Positions 60,791 to 64,000 of a DNA stretch of 64,000 nt are shown piece after piece (position 1 is the stretch's first letter; the number at the start of each line of letters is the position of its first letter). Origin of the DNA: Longimicrobiales bacterium (GTDB taxonomy: Bacteria > Gemmatimonadota > Gemmatimonadetes > Longimicrobiales > Gaopeijiaceae); contig CBDBCF010000001.1 of the NCBI GenBank assembly GCA_965202985.1, forward strand, positions 2,688,001-2,752,000. The letters are read 5' to 3'. A model generated the notes under the pieces. The model did no database searches, was not told where the DNA came from, and saw nothing but the letters and a program-made list of their open reading frames with translations. The position numbers and the translations under genes were made by a program.

Positions 60791-62162
60791 GCGTCTTCGT
60801 CCTGGGCGGGAGTGCCGCCGGCGCCGTCGCCGCTCAACTCCAGGTGCGCGGTGTGGGCCGGCAGCACCGTCGTGAAGTAGGTGCGCGTCTGGTCGAACTC
60901 GAAGCGGGGCGGGGGCGACCCGTTCTCGGCCATGGCGCCGCGGATCTTGCCGAGACCCATGAACCGGCCTTCCGCCAGTCCCAGCTCCTTCAGGAACTCG
61001 CCGATGCGCCGGTTCCGCGCCGGCACGTCCGGCATCGACGCGCCCTCTTCCATATGCGCCGCCTCAACGCCGGGCACCGGTCCCGGATAGCTGCTGATCG
61101 TCATCCGGTCGTGGTAGACGTGGACCTTGATCGGGTCGGGCGCGTCCGGTTCGTAGCTCCGATGATACGCGGCGTTGGCCAGAGCCTCGCGCACGGCGAC
61201 GGCGGGCCAGCGCCTCGTGCGCCGGGCTCGGGGCGTCCCGGACCGCTTCTCGACGCGAACCTCCGACAATGCGTCCAGCAAGTCCAGGCACCGGCGAAGC
61301 TGGTCGGCCAAGCCTCCGCGAAACGTATGTTCCACCAGCAGGTCGCCCCCAGGGCCGTTCGGGAACTGGGCCACTTCGACGAGCGCGCCCCGAAACCACT
61401 CGGACGGATCGCGCGAGAAGAAGAGCAGCCCCACGTTGCGCGGCGTCTCGTGGTCGTTGGCCCGAGCCGTGATGCGCATCCGGCGATAGACCTCCCTGGC
61501 GTCCGGCTCCGTCCGCAGCTCGCTGTCCACGTCGCGCAGGAACTCCCGGACCAAGCCCTCGCGCAGGTCGTCCAGCTTTGCGCCCAGGGCGCGCCGGTCG
61601 TCCCACGGAACCCGAGCCGTCTGGCGGACCAGCGCCGGGAGCAGCCCGGCGGCCTCGGCGTCCACGGTTTCGGCCCCAGTCGGATCCAGTACCGGCGCCG
61701 GTCGCCGCGACCGCTCGGGCCGCCTGCCGCCTGCCGCCCGCCGGCGGCTTGCGACTCGCCTGTCGCCTGCCGCCCGCCCGGCGCGCGATGGGGCCTGGCC
61801 TCGCTGGCCGGCGCCCAGATCACGAGCACGTTTCGCCCGTCCACGACCTCGGGCGACACCACAGGCTGGTACACGGGATCGATGCGGTTGCACTGGCCCC
61901 GGATCCACTTCGCCGCCGCTTGCATCTCGCCGTCGGACAGCCCCACGGGCGGGAAGACGGCGCGCCCGTCCTCTTCGGCCACGCCCACCACCACGTAGCC
62001 GCCGTTCAGGTGCAGGTGGTCGTTGGCGAAGGCGCAGATCGTCCGAAGCACCTGGAACCCGGTCGTCTCGGGGCACCAGCGCGCCTTGAACTCCAGTCGC
62101 GCGGATTCGGCTCGGCGGCCGCGCAGCAGGGCTTCCACGTTGACGGGGAGGAGCGGGCTCAT
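60787..62162 (-). pseudogene. Schlafen/AlbA_2 + RecG-C-terminal-like (HATPase_c_4) protein with one frameshift at ~61675
   Basis: N-half ESARLEFK, TICAFAN, GGYVVVGVAE in one frame; C-half REALANAAYHRSY, ISSYPGP, RNRRIGEFLKELGLAE..MG in another. Junction CTG GGG CCG AAA lacks one base (YWIRLG|AETVDAE). Confidence 0.8.
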
Positions 62163-62417
62163 GAGGCCGAATTCTGCCCCTTCGGGCGGGCGGCGGCAAC
62201 AGCCTGGCATCGGTGCCCGGCAACGGCCGGCAGCCGCGTTCCAGCAACCGGCGATGCAAGCGCCCAGCCACGGTCGATGCCCGAGCACAGCAAAAACCGT
62301 TTGGCGGCCCCAGCGGTGCTTCCGTATCTTCTTGGCCCTCGGCGCCGAAGCGCAGCCCTCTCCGCATCAAGCGGCCAGCTCTCTCGCGCCGAGCACACGC
62401 CCTAGGAGGCGCAGCCC

Positions 62418-63734
62418 TTGCAAGCTCCCGAAACAGTGCAATCTGCCGAGCCCCTGCAGTCTGCCGAAACCTTGCAGTCTCCCGAAGCCGGCATCGGCCT
62501 GGTGGCGGACCTTCAGGGCTGGTGGAACGCCGTCGTCGATTACAGCGTGCCCAAGCTGCTGCCGACGGCGGCGATCCTGGTCGTCGCCTTTGTGGTTCGG
62601 TTCGTGGTGCTGAGGGCGCTGAACCGGATCGAGAAGCGCTGGGTGGCCCGCACCGAGACCGAGGTGGACGACAAGGTCCTCCAGTCGGTGCGCAAGGTGC
62701 TGCGTCTGTCGGTCGCGGCGTGGGTTCTGTGGTCGCTGGCCTACCAATGGTTCCCATCGGCGGTGGCCGGCGTGGCGCCTCGGCCTGCGCAGTGGATCGC
62801 CGCCGTCTGGATCGCCCTGGTCTTCGTGCCCGTCGGCAAGCTGGTGGGCGACGTGCTGGCCGTGATCAGCTCCCGCGTGGTCGAGCGCACCGACACGAGC
62901 CTGGACGAGACGGCGCTGCCCCTGCTGACCCGCTTCGTGCGGTTCATCTTGGTGGCCTTGGGCGTGGTGCTGGCGCTGGACCGGCTGGGCGTGAACATCG
63001 CGCCGTTGCTGGCCGGCGCCGGGGTCGGGGGACTGGCCGTGGGCTTGGCGGCCAAGGACTCCCTGTCGAACCTGATCGCCGGCGTGCTGCTCATCTTGGA
63101 CCGCCCGTTCAAGGTCGGCGACCGGATCGAGCTGTGGAGCGCCCCCCGGGAAACCGGCACATGGGGCGACGTGATCGAGATCGGCTTGCGCGCCACCCAC
63201 ATCCGCAACCCCGACAACCTGGTCGTGATCGTCCCCAACAACGAGATCATGCAGCGCGACATCGTGAACTACACGGCCCTGGGGACCGACATCCGGCTTC
63301 GCATTCCCTTCTCGGTGGCCTACGAGTCCGAGCTGGTGAAGGCCAAGAACATCCTTGTTGGGGTCACGGGCGAAGTGGAGGGCGTGAAGCCCGTGCCGGC
63401 GCCCGTCGTCATCGTGCGCGGCGGCGGTCCGTCCGAGGTGAACCTCGAGCTTCGCGTCTGGATTCTGGACGCCCGCCAGCGCCGCCGCATCGCCGACGAG
63501 ATCACCGAGAAGGCGTTTCTGGCGTTCGGCGACGCGGGCGTGCACATTCCCTATCCCAGGCGCGAGTTGTTCATCCGTCGCGAGGAGGAAGCGGCGCGCG
63601 ACGAAGAAGCCGCGGTGCGCGACAAGGCTGGAGCCCGCGGGAGGGCCGCTCCACGCGAAGAGGCCGCTGCACGCGAGAAAACGGCGGCGCGCGAGGAAGC
63701 AGCGGCACGCTCGGAACCGGCGGCTTCGGGCTGA
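62418..63734 (+). CDS. mscS: Small-conductance mechanosensitive channel
   Basis: AGGAGG RBS; LLAGAGVGGLAVGLAAKDSLSNLIAG, DRPFKVGDRI, GLRAT, IVPNN, IPYP. Confidence 0.93.
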   Translation: MQAPETVQSAEPLQSAETLQSPEAGIGLVADLQGWWNAVVDYSVPKLLPTAAILVVAFVVRFVVLRALNRIEKRWVARTETEVDDKVLQSVRKVLRLSVAAWVLWSLAYQWFPSAVAGVAPRPAQWIAAVWIALVFVPVGKLVGDVLAVISSRVVERTDTSLDETALPLLTRFVRFILVALGVVLALDRLGVNIAPLLAGAGVGGLAVGLAAKDSLSNLIAGVLLILDRPFKVGDRIELWSAPRETGTWGDVIEIGLRATHIRNPDNLVVIVPNNEIMQRDIVNYTALGTDIRLRIPFSVAYESELVKAKNILVGVTGEVEGVKPVPAPVVIVRGGGPSEVNLELRVWILDARQRRRIADEITEKAFLAFGDAGVHIPYPRRELFIRREEEAARDEEAAVRDKAGARGRAAPREEAAAREKTAAREEAAARSEPAASG

Positions 63735-63813
63735 CGCCGGGCGGACCGGGGCATTTCGTGCTAATCTTGAATCTGATGTCGAACCGCCCACGGACCCCGC
63801 AACCAGGCTTCAC

Positions 63814-64000
63814 ATGAACGAGAAGAACGATCCCGAGCCGTTGACCTCCCGCAGCGTTGCCCCTGCTCCCGAGCCGGTGGCCCGTCGGAACTTCCTGGGC
63901 AAGGCCGCCGTCGGCTTGGCCGGGGCGGGGTTGGCCGGAGCCTGCGGCGGCGGCGACGGCGGCGACGGCGAAGGCGCTCCGGCAGTTCAGACCCGCCCGA
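63814..64000 (+). CDS. Tat-exported lipoprotein, probable TRAP solute-binding protein (partial, runs off window)
   Basis: ARRNFL twin-arginine motif, LAGAC lipobox, then APAVQT typical of TRAP DctP/TakP N-termini. Confidence 0.6.
   Translation, partial: MNEKNDPEPLTSRSVAPAPEPVARRNFLGKAAVGLAGAGLAGACGGGDGGDGEGAPAVQTRP

Overview
GC-rich bacterial chromosome segment. The gene repertoire suggests Gemmatimonadota, but that is an inference. It is mostly housekeeping: rnz-tyrA-aroA/cmk fusion, rpsA, a propionyl-CoA carboxylase/methylmalonyl-CoA mutase cluster, mazG, alr, cdd, mtaB, miaB, lapA, comEC, fbp, a truA-purB-purC-psd-pssA-purSQL-purF run, mscS and a partial TRAP solute-binding gene. Five accessory insertions are interleaved. 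(1) A four-gene, translationally coupled minus-strand cassette at 57043-62162: a Schlafen/AlbA_2-type protein with one frameshift, a GHKL/MORC-like ATPase, and two unknown proteins, the last ending in a HicB-like segment. This is the best candidate for an undescribed, probably anti-phage, system. (2) A doubly frameshifted secreted protein with a 10-Cys tail paired with a beta-propeller-like gene (9195-11099). (3) An Rpn-family nuclease with a clear internal RBS+ATG for a small C-terminal product. (4) A 1282-aa repeat lipoprotein with a perfect sigma-54 promoter consensus and a compositionally distinct C-terminal part, next to surface-glycan genes. (5) A lower-GC intergenic patch after the mutase gene that starts with a predicted three-way-junction structure. 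No rRNA, tRNA, CRISPR array or intact IS/integrase was recognised. All calls come from motif recognition by eye; no database searches were run.
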